Part shown: piece by piece, positions 1 to 9,533 of the stretch
How the letters are laid out: every line of letters starts with the position of its first letter
Position numbering within the stretch: the stretch's first letter is position 1
Origin: Candidatus Xenobia bacterium
GTDB lineage: Bacteria > Vulcanimicrobiota > Xenobia > Xenobiales > QWHO01
Length of the DNA: 64,000 nt
NCBI GenBank assembly: GCA_045863235.1
Contig: BTUM01000001.1
Location: 224,001-288,000 of the forward strand
Direction of reading: 5' to 3'
Program-made: the position numbers and the translations under genes
The notes under the pieces: model-generated
Database searches by the model: none
The model's input: the letters and a program-made list of their open reading frames with translations, nothing else
Told to the model about the DNA's origin: nothing

Positions 1-1856
1 AGCACCGAGTTGGCCACCCACTCCTCGCCCAGCAGGCGGCTGAGGTACTCGATGCGGGCGTAGGCCGCCAGGCCCACGTAGGTATCGGCCAGTGCGGCCA
101 CGGGAGCCTCCACCTCCTGGCGGCGACCGATCAGGGGTCGCATCCGCACGCGATCACCGGGCTGAACGTGCAGCACCTCGGCCAGTTTGCGCGAGAGCAC
201 CAGGCCTTCTTCGGGCAGGGGCACCTCCTCTCCCCGGCTGTCCACCGGTCGGTAGAGCACGTGCCCGGCCGTCATCCCCGTGACCCCGACACGTTTTTCG
301 TAGGGCCCGTTGGAGAGCGTGCAGCTGACCCCCAGCTGGGGCTCGACTCGGGCCACCTGGGGCAGGCTGACGATCTCTTGCAGAATGCCCCGGCCGGCCG
401 GCTCGCGCAGGCCCACGCTCACGTCCTGGCGCGAGGAGATGGAGAACTCGTGCGCGATCATGGCATCCACCGCCCGCAGCATGCAAAGCGACTCCACCAT
501 CAGCGCGGTGGCCACGAAGGTGGTGGCGAAGGTGACCAGCGAGCGGTACGGGTTGCGCAGCACAGCCCGCAAGATCAGCTTGATCGAGAAGGGAAAGTGT
601 TTCCAGATTCCGGGGATCAGCCACTCGAGGAAGACCCGGCCGCCCCGCTCGGGAGGCGGGGGACGCATGGCCGAGGCGGGGGCCAGGCTGGAGGCCGTCC
701 AGGCCTCGCGCAGCGTGCCCAGCAGCGGGGCCAGTACTCCGGCCAGGGCGCTCTTGAGCATCACCTGCGGGTAGGGATGAGGGGTCAGGCCGGGCAGCTC
801 ATAGAAGTTGCGGTACATCCCGATCATGGCCCCCTGAATCCAGTAGCCGAACGAAAGCCCGACGATCACGGTGGCCATCCCCACCGCCAGCGCATAGCCG
901 AGATAGTGCCCCATGACCTGCCAGCGGCTGTAGCCCAGAGCTCGAACGGTTCCGATGAAGGTCCTCTGCGAAGCCACGATGCGCCCCAGCACCACGTGCA
1001 GCACGAAGGCCACCACCGCCAGGCAGATGACCGGCAGGATGGTGGCGCTGCGCTGCAGCTCCTGCAGCTCGTTCTCCAGGAACTGTACCGAGGGGGCGTC
1101 GCTCATGGGGATGGAGATCACCACCCCGTAAGGGTCGAGCCTGTCCTCCAGCAGGCTCAGGGTGGCCTTGAGAGGGGCTTTGCGCGGGTCGTGCACCCGG
1201 CCCAGGATCTCGTTGCAGGCGCCGTCCAGGTCGGCCCACTGCTGCAGGGCCCGGTGGGGCAGAAAGATCACCGCCGTGCGCGAGGGGTCGGGCACGATGC
1301 CCCCGGCCGGGGGCAACACGTAGACGAACTCGGGAGCCATGACCGTGCCGGCGACCACCAGCTCGTGCTGCTCGCCCATGATCACGGCTCGGAAGCGGTC
1401 GCCGGGGCGCAGCTTGTGGGCCCGGGCGAAGGCGTCGTTGATCAGGGCCTGACGACCGGAGGAGTCCTCGAACCAGCCTCCTTTCACCAGGAAGACGTCG
1501 TTGAAGACCGGCCGTGGGGGCGAGGGCAGCGAGATGGCGGTGGCCTGCACCGGCTCGTCCACGCCGGTCAACTCCAGTCGGGCCGGAATGCGGACTCTCC
1601 CCTCGACGGCCGCCACCGGCTCGAGCCGGGCCAGCTCGGACAGCACCTGCTCGGGGGCGCGCTTGAGGCTGATCGAGAAGTCCGCCAGCCGATAGTCTGA
1701 GTAGAACCGATTGCGGGCCACCTCCAGGTCGCGGTAGACCGAGTCGAAGCCCACGAAGGACGCGACCCCCAGCGCTCCGATGAGCACCAGGGCCGCCAGC
1801 GAGCCGAGCCGGCCGCGCAGGTCACGCAGGAGCTTGAGGGTCAGGGGGCTTACCAC
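1..1856 (-). CDS. ABC transporter permease, FtsX/MacB type (3' end beyond window start)
   Basis: Not in the ORF track. Manual translation from GTG at 1856 gives MVSPLTLKLLRDLRGRLGSLAALVLIGALGVASFVGFDSVYRDL; the start overlaps the stop of the upstream ABC ATPase. Confidence 0.85.
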   Translation of the reverse strand, partial: MVSPLTLKLLRDLRGRLGSLAALVLIGALGVASFVGFDSVYRDLEVARNRFYSDYRLADFSISLKRAPEQVLSELARLEPVAAVEGRVRIPARLELTGVDEPVQATAISLPSPPRPVFNDVFLVKGGWFEDSSGRQALINDAFARAHKLRPGDRFRAVIMGEQHELVVAGTVMAPEFVYVLPPAGGIVPDPSRTAVIFLPHRALQQWADLDGACNEILGRVHDPRKAPLKATLSLLEDRLDPYGVVISIPMSDAPSVQFLENELQELQRSATILPVICLAVVAFVLHVVLGRIVASQRTFIGTVRALGYSRWQVMGHYLGYALAVGMATVIVGLSFGYWIQGAMIGMYRNFYELPGLTPHPYPQVMLKSALAGVLAPLLGTLREAWTASSLAPASAMRPPPPERGGRVFLEWLIPGIWKHFPFSIKLILRAVLRNPYRSLVTFATTFVATALMVESLCMLRAVDAMIAHEFSISSRQDVSVGLREPAGRGILQEIVSLPQVARVEPQLGVSCTLSNGPYEKRVGVTGMTAGHVLYRPVDSRGEEVPLPEEGLVLSRKLAEVLHVQPGDRVRMRPLIGRRQEVEAPVAALADTYVGLAAYARIEYLSRLLGEEWVANSV

Positions 1857-2551
1857 TCGATCTCCTCGGGCGGAATGGGCACGGCGTTCTCGGTCAGGCT
1901 CACGATGCGGCCATCGCGGAGGCTGGCCGCGCGGTGGCCCATGCGGGCCACGGGCTGGCTGTGAGTGATGATGATGACGGTCATGTTGAGCTTGCGGTTG
2001 ACATCCCACAGAAGCCGCAGCACCGCCCGGCCGGTCGTGGAATCGAGGTTGCCGGTGGGCTCGTCGCACAAGAGCAGGCGCGGGTTGGAGGCCAGGGCTC
2101 GAGCGATGGCTACCCGCTGCTGCTCGCCACCGCTGAGCTGGGAGGGGAAGTGCTCGGCGCGCTTGTCCAGGCCGACCATTCGCAGAGCCTGGAGAGGATC
2201 CATCGGATCGCGGGCGATCTGGGTGGCCACCTGCACGTTCTCCAGGGCCGTCAGCGTGGGCACCAGGTTGAAGAACTGGAACACGAAGCCCACGTTGTGG
2301 CGCCGAAAGCTGGTCAGCTGCGAGTCGGAGGCTCGGGTCAGGTCCTGATCCTGGAAGCGAATGCTGCCTCCTGAAGGTCGGTCCATCCCGCCCAGCAGGT
2401 TGAGTAGCGTGCTCTTTCCCGAGCCGGACGGCCCCAGGATGACCAGGAACTCCCCTTCGCGGACTTCCAGATCGGCGTCCTGCAGGGCGGGAACCTGCAC
2501 CTCCCCCATCTGGTAGACCTTGCTCACGTTCTTTACCTCGAGCAGAGCCAT
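1850..2551 (-). CDS. ABC transporter ATP-binding protein (LolD/MacB-like)
   Basis: Walker A GPSGSGKST, signature LSGGEQQR, Walker B LLLCDEPT; likely start MALLEVKNV at 2551. Confidence 0.95.
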   Translation of the reverse strand: MALLEVKNVSKVYQMGEVQVPALQDADLEVREGEFLVILGPSGSGKSTLLNLLGGMDRPSGGSIRFQDQDLTRASDSQLTSFRRHNVGFVFQFFNLVPTLTALENVQVATQIARDPMDPLQALRMVGLDKRAEHFPSQLSGGEQQRVAIARALASNPRLLLCDEPTGNLDSTTGRAVLRLLWDVNRKLNMTVIIITHSQPVARMGHRAASLRDGRIVSLTENAVPIPPEEIEW

Positions 2552-2651
2552 CAGGGCGCCTTTGTGCCTGGCGAGGGGCCTTCCTTCAAAGCTGGGCACG
2601 CGCGAGCGCGACCCGTGTTCACCGCGTCAGGTCAGCGCGCGCCGAGCAGTC

Positions 2652-3359
2652 TCACGGGAAGGACTTGGAGTCCTGAATGGGCAGGGTGCGCAGGTAGAAC
2701 ACCAGGGCTTGCATCTCGACGGCGTCCAGCGGACGCTCCCACCAGGCAGCCTCAGGCCGGGCCTGCAGGCCGGTGTGGGCCAGGCCTTTAGTGATGACCT
2801 CCATGATGCGAGTATCGCTGAAGTCGCGCAGCATCCCCGAGGCGAGGTTGGCGGCCTTGGCCTGCACATGCTGCATGAAGGGCCCGTCGCCGTGCCCTTC
2901 GGGGCCGTGACAGGCCAGACAGCGCAAGCCGTAGAGCACCCGCCCCCGGTCGAGCACGTCTTGAATGTTGAACGCACGGGCGCTGGCCTTGCGGTCGGGG
3001 TTGCGCAGCTCGCGCAGGTAGGCCACCAGATCGGTCATCTGGGCCGTCGAGAGGGTCAGTCCCCAGGCCGGCATGTAGCCGGTGCTGTGGGTCTTGCCGC
3101 CGGAGCGGATCAGATCGGCGAGCTGGGCGTCGGTGTGCCGGTCCTGGAACTGGGGATCGGACAGATCCATGGGACGAACCCCCGAGTCGCTGACCAGACG
3201 AGCGGCCATGGGGCCATCGCCCTGGCCGTCGAAGCCGTGGCAGCCGGCGCAGTAAGCCGAGTAGAGCGGCAGCCCGCGGTCGGGGTTGCCACCCGAGAGC
3301 TGGGGATTGGCCCACGTCGGGGACGCGAGCAGGAGAGCCAGAATCAGAAGTTTCTTCAT
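2652..3359 (-). CDS. exported di-haem c-type cytochrome
   Basis: Signal peptide MKKLLILALLLASPTWA; two CxxCH motifs (CAGCH, CLACH); ATGA overlap with the upstream USP gene. Confidence 0.9.
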   Translation of the reverse strand: MKKLLILALLLASPTWANPQLSGGNPDRGLPLYSAYCAGCHGFDGQGDGPMAARLVSDSGVRPMDLSDPQFQDRHTDAQLADLIRSGGKTHSTGYMPAWGLTLSTAQMTDLVAYLRELRNPDRKASARAFNIQDVLDRGRVLYGLRCLACHGPEGHGDGPFMQHVQAKAANLASGMLRDFSDTRIMEVITKGLAHTGLQARPEAAWWERPLDAVEMQALVFYLRTLPIQDSKSFP

Positions 3360-4285
3360 GAGGACACCGCCTGATCGGTCAGCTGGCTGTTCGCTTCCAG
3401 CAGCGCACCTTGACCGCGCACCAGCAACACCGGGCACTCGGCCCGGTGCACAACGCGCTCGGCCACGCTGCCGAAGAAGCCGCCCCCCTGGCTGGCCATG
3501 ACGATCAAGTCCTGGTTTTGCTCCAGAATCCGGTCAGCGGGTGAGCCGTGGCGATACGTGGTCTTGACCTTGTAGCCCTGGATTTCCAGGTCCCTGGCCT
3601 TCTCATCGAGATAGCGCTGGTGCGACTCATCCAGATCGGCCCGAACCATGTCAGCCCAGGTGCTGGGGATCTCGGTGCTGGCGAAGGTCGGGTTGGGGAA
3701 GTCGAGCACGCGCATCAAGGTCAGCTCGCTCTGATCCTGCCGGGCCAGCCAGCAGGAGCCTCCCAGGCTCTGCTCGGAGCGTGCCGTGCCGTCCAGAGGC
3801 ACCAGGATTCTCGGGTAGCGAGGCCACTGGCCGGCCACGGCCTGCTCCACCTGCTCGCGGGCCTGGGCGGCGCTGATCTCGGGAGAGCGCACCAGCAGCA
3901 CCGGGCAGTGGGAGTGGCGCATCACTTTGTCGGCCACGCTGCCCACCAACCAGCGGCTCAGGCCCCGGCGTCCGTGGGTTCCCATGACCACCAGGTCCGG
4001 TCGCAGCGACTCGGTCCAGTTGACGATCTCCTGGGCCGGTTGCCCGGGGGTCATCTCCAGGCGCCCACCGACCTTCTCGCTCAGAGTGCTCAGATAGGCT
4101 CGGTAGAGCTCGGGCCAGCTGCTCTCGACCTCGGCCAGCAGGTGAGCGGGCACGGCCGAGGCCAGATCCTCGCGTACCGAGGCTAACACCAGCTCGGCTC
4201 CCGAGCGGCTGGCCAGGCCGATGGCGTGGGGCAGGGCGGCTTCCGCCAGAGGCGAGCCGTCCAGGGGAACCAGGATTCTCCTCAT
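3356..4285 (-). CDS. universal stress protein, tandem USP domains
   Basis: Two ILVPLDG(S/T) starts; MGTHGRRG..GSVA and GSVAERVV motifs. Confidence 0.95.
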   Translation of the reverse strand: MRRILVPLDGSPLAEAALPHAIGLASRSGAELVLASVREDLASAVPAHLLAEVESSWPELYRAYLSTLSEKVGGRLEMTPGQPAQEIVNWTESLRPDLVVMGTHGRRGLSRWLVGSVADKVMRHSHCPVLLVRSPEISAAQAREQVEQAVAGQWPRYPRILVPLDGTARSEQSLGGSCWLARQDQSELTLMRVLDFPNPTFASTEIPSTWADMVRADLDESHQRYLDEKARDLEIQGYKVKTTYRHGSPADRILEQNQDLIVMASQGGGFFGSVAERVVHRAECPVLLVRGQGALLEANSQLTDQAVSS

Positions 4286-4294
4286 GCGCTCCTC

Positions 4295-4696
4295 CTAAAA
4301 CTTGACCGATTCGTGCTCGCTCGGAGTCAGGCCCAGCAGGTCGATGGGGCTGACCAGACCCAGCACCTGGTTGTGGTAGGTGACCACCAGCCGGTGGATG
4401 CGGTGCTGGCGGAACAGGTCCACGGCGACCTTCACGCGCATTCCGGCTTCGACCGTATGCACGTGTCGGGTCATGATGGTTTGCACCCGCCCATCGTCCT
4501 CAGGGCGCGGGAAAGCCAGGGAGGCGGCCACGTCCGAGAGGGAGATCAAACCGACCAGCAACTGGTCCGAGTCGATCACGGGGGCTCCCGTGATCTTGCG
4601 CCGAACGCACTCGGCCACGAACTGCTTGACATCCATGTCGGGCGTCACGCAGAAGACGTCTCGTTCCATGACATCGCGAATTCGAAGGTCTTTCAT
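4295..4696 (-). CDS. CBS-pair domain protein
   Basis: IRDVM...ITGAPVID..LVGLISLSD and VQTIMT...IHRLVV..VLGLVSPID. Confidence 0.9.
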   Translation of the reverse strand: MKDLRIRDVMERDVFCVTPDMDVKQFVAECVRRKITGAPVIDSDQLLVGLISLSDVAASLAFPRPEDDGRVQTIMTRHVHTVEAGMRVKVAVDLFRQHRIHRLVVTYHNQVLGLVSPIDLLGLTPSEHESVKF

Positions 4697-4740
4697 AGCT
4701 CTACCTTAGTCGCTCCCCCAGGGCTCGAAAATGACCTGAA

Positions 4741-6432
4741 TCAGTTCTTCCTCGCCGCCAGCCAGACGACCCCCACGGGGGGCTCGGGCAACTCGATCCG
4801 GTGGGTGACTTCCGTCAGGTCAGGGGAGAGGTGAACGAGCAGGTGCGGGTCTTTCAACCCGATCCAGAATCCCCCCTGCCCATCGCGGGCGGCACAGGTG
4901 GGGGTGCCCGCAAGAGCCGCCGAGGAGGGGTGCTCGGGCAACTCCAGAGCCAGCACCCGGTCCTCCAGCAGGGCCAGGCCCGGGCTGAGCGTGCGAACCA
5001 TTCCACCGGTCTTCAGGCGCTCCACGGGAGCCAGGCTTGCATCCACCCGGACCAACTCTGTTCCCTGGGCCACCCACCAGCCTCTTTCCCCTGCCGCCTG
5101 GATGGGTCCCGACAGAGGGAGCAGGCTCTGGAGCACCAGCTGGTCCTCCTTCATCAGGATGAGGCTCAGGACCCCCATCTGAGGCTCGGATAGCAGAGCC
5201 AGCAGGTTCTCCGATCTTTGCACAGGCAGGGCATGGTTGACGTAGCGACTGACGGGAAGGAGATAGGTGGCCTGGTCGGGGCAGTGCACGGCCAGCAGGC
5301 TGCGCCGCTCTTTTTGCAGGACGAAGAGCCACTTCCCGTCCGGGCTCAGCTCCAACTGATCGGGGCTGCCGTCGGTGGTCAGGCGTCGGGCCCGAAAGGT
5401 ACTGTCGTCCAGGACCTCCAGCTGGGCTGCCTGCTCGCGGGCCAGGTAGAGATACCCACCGCCTCCGGTCAGGTTGGTGAGGGGGGAGGCAAAGGAGAGG
5501 TCGCGCAGACGCTGGCCGTTGTCCAGGTCGAGCACCAACAAGCGCGAACCCGCCGCCACGGCCAGGGCGGCCGATTGGCGGGGGGGGAGGGGACGGCTGA
5601 GCCAGCTCCAAACGGCCAGAATCGCGATCATGAACAAGCCCGCCGTCGTGAGCACGATGGGGGTAACCCGCTGGCGGCGCGCGTCCAGCCAGGGGATGCG
5701 AAATCCTTCCAGGGGAGGAGTGTGGCCGACCCTCCGCTCCGCCATCAGCACCCGGCCCCGCTCCTCCAGCGACTGACGCAAGCCGGCAAAGTCGGTGTAG
5801 TTCTGGTCGGACCGCTCCGACAGGCAGCGCCCGATGACCCAGGAGAAGGCCGTGGCTGCGGGCTGCGAGTTCCGTGTCCAGCTTTCCAGCAATCTCCCGT
5901 AAGCCTGGAATGAGGCCAGCAGGTTGGGGGGAACGTTTTCCCTCCAGATCAGCCGGTCCAGGCCCGGGTCGACCAGAACCAGCACGCCGTCTTCCCGCAA
6001 AATCCAGGCCTCAGGTTGGAGGCTATCGGAGGCCAGCGGATGGCCGGACTTCCAGAGGAGCTCGGCAATCGTCAGGGCCTGACCGGCCCACTGATGGACC
6101 TCCTGCTGCGTGGGCGGCTTGTCGCTCCAGCGCACCCGGGTCTGGAGCCAGAACCCGGGGGTCTCCAGCCAGAAGAGATACGCGTGCGACTCGGTCAACT
6201 CGAGTTGCAGGATGGGTGCCAGCGACGGATGTTGCAGAGTCTGCAAAGCCCGCACGGCGTCGCGCAGTTCGGCCTCGTCCTTGGGCGAGAAGCCGGGGGG
6301 CAGCTCGATCTCCTCGGCCCGCCCGCGCTCGCCCTGGTCTCCCACCACCTGATAGATCACCCCGTGGGGTTTGCGAGCCAGCAGCCGCTCTACCCTCCAG
6401 CGCCCCAGCCGGGTGCCGGGAGTCAGGCTCAT
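4741..6432 (-). CDS. pseudokinase-like domain + TM helix + beta-propeller-like domain
   Basis: Kinase-like N-terminus (LGRWRVERLL, LQHPSLAPI, LVLVDPG) without HRD/DFG; central TM IVLTTAGLFMIAILAVW; YVTN-like repeats (LELSPDGKWLFV). Confidence 0.6.
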   Translation of the reverse strand: MSLTPGTRLGRWRVERLLARKPHGVIYQVVGDQGERGRAEEIELPPGFSPKDEAELRDAVRALQTLQHPSLAPILQLELTESHAYLFWLETPGFWLQTRVRWSDKPPTQQEVHQWAGQALTIAELLWKSGHPLASDSLQPEAWILREDGVLVLVDPGLDRLIWRENVPPNLLASFQAYGRLLESWTRNSQPAATAFSWVIGRCLSERSDQNYTDFAGLRQSLEERGRVLMAERRVGHTPPLEGFRIPWLDARRQRVTPIVLTTAGLFMIAILAVWSWLSRPLPPRQSAALAVAAGSRLLVLDLDNGQRLRDLSFASPLTNLTGGGGYLYLAREQAAQLEVLDDSTFRARRLTTDGSPDQLELSPDGKWLFVLQKERRSLLAVHCPDQATYLLPVSRYVNHALPVQRSENLLALLSEPQMGVLSLILMKEDQLVLQSLLPLSGPIQAAGERGWWVAQGTELVRVDASLAPVERLKTGGMVRTLSPGLALLEDRVLALELPEHPSSAALAGTPTCAARDGQGGFWIGLKDPHLLVHLSPDLTEVTHRIELPEPPVGVVWLAARKN

Positions 6433-8516
6433 GGCTTGATCCGGGCCAGCAACTGGGCCGAGTCGACCGGCTTGCTCAGGTAGGTATCGGCCAGCGGGTC
6501 ATGACGCTCGGCCCGGTCGCTGAGGAAAACCAGACGGGTGCTGGCCATGCCCAGGCTGGAGCCAAGGCTGCGGCCCAGCTCTTGGAGGTCCAGGCTCTTG
6601 AGCGCAAGATCGGCCAGGATCACATCGGGTTTCTGACTCCAGATCAGGGCCAACGCTTCCCGGGGATCCGAGCTGACCAGCAACTGCCAGTTCTGACTTC
6701 CGACCACTCCGCTCACCTGCTCCACCAGCGGTCCATCCTGGCTGAGCAGCATGATGCGCCGGCGGTTGTCCGGCGGACCGGGTCGCGGCGAGCGACAGTG
6801 CGGGCAGATCAACCAGTCGGCCTCCACCTCCTGGTGACACATCGGGCAGTGCAGCTGCAGATCTGCACCGCAGAAGACGCAGACCCCGAGCTGGGTGGGC
6901 ACCGGCCGATGGCAGTGGGGACAGGAGCGGCCACCCGGGGAGCGCACCGTGATGGCCCGCAGGACTTCGCTGAGGCTGGTCAGGCCCTGGCTCACCTTGG
7001 CCAGTCCGTCCTCGAGCAAAGTGCGGGTGCCCTCTTCGCGGGCGGCCTGGCTGATCAGGATTTCCCGCGGGTCGGAGAGCAGGATCTCGCGGATGCGGTC
7101 GCTGACCAGAATCAGCTCGAACAGACCGATGCGGCCCTTGTAGCCGACGAAGTCGCAGGCCGGGCAGCCGTTGGCCACGAAATCGCTCCTGGGTACCGGC
7201 TGTCCGGCCAGCGAGAGCAGCCGGGCGGCAGCGGGCGTCACCGGGCGCTCCCAGCGGCAGGCCTGACAGAGCCGTCGAACCAGGCGCTGGGCCACCACGG
7301 CCAGCAGACTGGAGGCGACCATGTAGGGCGGAATGCCCATGAGGATGAGCCGGGTGACGGTGGAGACGGCATCATTGGTGTGCAGGGTGGAGAGCACCAG
7401 GTGACCGGTCTGGGCCGCCTGGACGGCGATCTCGGCCGTCTCCAGGTCTCGAATCTCCCCCACCATGATGGTGTCTGGATCCTGGCGCAGAATGGAGCGC
7501 AGGGACGAGGCGAAGGTCAGCCCCGCGCGCGGGTTCATCTGCACCTGGTTGATCCCCTCCAGGCGGTACTCGATCGGGTCCTCCACGGTCACCAGGTTGT
7601 CGGCTTCCACGTTTAGATAGCGCAGGGCCCCGTAGAGAGTCGAGGTCTTGCCCGAGCCGGTGGGGCCGGTGGCCAGTACCATTCCCTGCCCGGCCCCCAG
7701 CACTGACTGCAGGCGGGAAAAGTCTTCGGGCACCAGACCCAGGGCATCGAGATCGACCACGACCTTTTCCGGGTCCAGAATGCGCAGCACGATCTTCTCG
7801 CCGTGGTGGGTCGGCAGCGCGCTCACCCGCAGGTCCACCTCGCGCCCCTCCAGGCGCACGCGGGTGCGACCGTCCTGCGGTTTGCGCGATTCGGAGATGT
7901 CTATCCCTGAAATCAGCTTGAGACGCGAGATGGTGGGCCCTTGGATGCGTTTGGGGAGGGCAACCACCGTGCGCAGGTAGCCGTCGATGCGATAGCGCAC
8001 CCGGAGGTTCTCTTCCATGGGCTCGACGTGGATGTCCGAGGCGCGCATGCGGATGGCGTCGGAGATCAGCGAGTTCACCAGCTGGATGATGGGGGCGCTG
8101 GGGGTGATGTCCTCTTGCTTCTCCTCTTCCTCCTCGGGCTCGTGCAGCAGCTCGAGCTCGGAAGACTCGGGAATGCGGTGCAAGATGTTGCTGATCAGCG
8201 TATCGACCGGCCCCAGGCGCCCCTGCAAGGCATCCTCGATTTCGCCCGGGGGGGCGATGACCCGCTCCACGTGGCATCCGGTTTTGAATCGGACGGCGTC
8301 CTCCGCCATCACGTCCAGGGGGTCGGCCATGGCCAGGGTGATCTTGTCTTCGTGGCGGTCCAGGGGCAGGATGCGGTAGTTGCGCAGCACCTCCATCGGG
8401 AGCAGGGTCATGAGCTCGGAGTTGAGGTCCTCATAGGCGATGTGGCGGCAAGGCAGGCCCGTTTCTTTGGCGAGCCGCTGGCAGTCGGCCCATTGCTCTT
8501 CCGGCGTCCTGGTCAT
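6429..8516 (-). CDS. GspE/PilB secretion ATPase with C-terminal double zinc ribbon and receiver-like domain
   Basis: ASDIHVEP, GPTGSGKTSTLY, TVEDPIE, LRQDPDTIMVGEIRD, TLHTNDA; four extra CxxC; REC-like tail (KPDVILAD...YLSKP). Confidence 0.93.
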   Translation of the reverse strand: MTRTPEEQWADCQRLAKETGLPCRHIAYEDLNSELMTLLPMEVLRNYRILPLDRHEDKITLAMADPLDVMAEDAVRFKTGCHVERVIAPPGEIEDALQGRLGPVDTLISNILHRIPESSELELLHEPEEEEEKQEDITPSAPIIQLVNSLISDAIRMRASDIHVEPMEENLRVRYRIDGYLRTVVALPKRIQGPTISRLKLISGIDISESRKPQDGRTRVRLEGREVDLRVSALPTHHGEKIVLRILDPEKVVVDLDALGLVPEDFSRLQSVLGAGQGMVLATGPTGSGKTSTLYGALRYLNVEADNLVTVEDPIEYRLEGINQVQMNPRAGLTFASSLRSILRQDPDTIMVGEIRDLETAEIAVQAAQTGHLVLSTLHTNDAVSTVTRLILMGIPPYMVASSLLAVVAQRLVRRLCQACRWERPVTPAAARLLSLAGQPVPRSDFVANGCPACDFVGYKGRIGLFELILVSDRIREILLSDPREILISQAAREEGTRTLLEDGLAKVSQGLTSLSEVLRAITVRSPGGRSCPHCHRPVPTQLGVCVFCGADLQLHCPMCHQEVEADWLICPHCRSPRPGPPDNRRRIMLLSQDGPLVEQVSGVVGSQNWQLLVSSDPREALALIWSQKPDVILADLALKSLDLQELGRSLGSSLGMASTRLVFLSDRAERHDPLADTYLSKPVDSAQLLARIKP

Positions 8517-8559
8517 GGCTCAAGCCTATCGCTTTCACGGTCAGGGCCAATGAGCTTGA

Positions 8560-9396
8560 TCATCTCTGCTCCCGGATGGGAACGACCAGCACCGAGCTCT
8601 CGGCGTAACGGGCGACTTGCTCGGCCACGCTGCCCAGCAACCAGCGCTTGAGACCGGTGCGTCCGTGAGAGGTGATCACGATCAGATCGGCGCGTTCGGC
8701 CAGAATGGAGCCGGTCGCCTGGCCCTCGACCACTCGCCGGGTGGTCTGGGTTCCCGGCACGGTGATCGCTTCTAACTCGGCCCCGATGGCCTGCATGATC
8801 GTCTCGCGCTCTTGCAGGGAGAGGGGGATGCCCTCGAGCTCGGCGCAGCGCAAGAGCTCGACCTGGCTACCCGGCTCGGCCAGGGCAGAGGCAACGGGGA
8901 TCGCCTGGAGCGAGTTGGGAGAGCCGTCCAGGGGGACCAGGAGCCGCTGCCAGGCGGTCTCTTCACCGCGCACCAGCAAGACCGGGCAGGAGGCGTGACG
9001 CATCACCCCCTCGGCCACGCTGCCGAGCAGAAAGCGCCCGCCGCCGGTGCGTCCGTGGCTGCTCATGACGATCAGGTCGACCGCCTGCTCGGTCACGGTC
9101 TCGATGAGCTCGCTTCGGGCCCCGCCTTCCTTGAGCAGGGCTCGCACCGTAAGCCCTCTGGCCGCCAGCTCCGTCTGCCAGCGCTCCAGATAGGGGAGAG
9201 CGGCCTGATGAGAGGTCTCGGCCAGCCGGAAGGCCAGCATGGGCATGACCCCGGCCGGGGCCGGCATGTAGGGCTCCACCACCCGCAGCAGCAAGAGCTC
9301 GGCCCCGAATCGGCGGGCCAGTCGCTCGGCCGTGGGCAGGGCGCGCTCGGAGAGCTCCGAGCCATCCAGGGGACACATCAGTCGCTTGATTTGCAT
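8560..9396 (-). CDS. universal stress protein, tandem USP domains
   Basis: PLDGS twice; SHGRTG..LLGSVAE twice. Confidence 0.95.
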   Translation of the reverse strand: MQIKRLMCPLDGSELSERALPTAERLARRFGAELLLLRVVEPYMPAPAGVMPMLAFRLAETSHQAALPYLERWQTELAARGLTVRALLKEGGARSELIETVTEQAVDLIVMSSHGRTGGGRFLLGSVAEGVMRHASCPVLLVRGEETAWQRLLVPLDGSPNSLQAIPVASALAEPGSQVELLRCAELEGIPLSLQERETIMQAIGAELEAITVPGTQTTRRVVEGQATGSILAERADLIVITSHGRTGLKRWLLGSVAEQVARYAESSVLVVPIREQR

Positions 9397-9533
9397 GGCT
9401 GCAGCTTACTCTGATAAGCCAGCCGGGGAGAATGATCCTGCTCAGTCAGCCGGACTGATTTTCGTCATATCTGTCCCCCCTCCGGCGGACTAGCATGGCC
9501 TCGAGGAAATCCACCGCAAAGGACGGTGTTGTT

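Noticed and set aside
168..1700. 510-aa plus-strand ORF and similar long ORFs (5874-7616, 34185-35885, 38421-40085, 46143-48059)
   Set aside because: Antisense shadows of well-supported genes, expected at high GC
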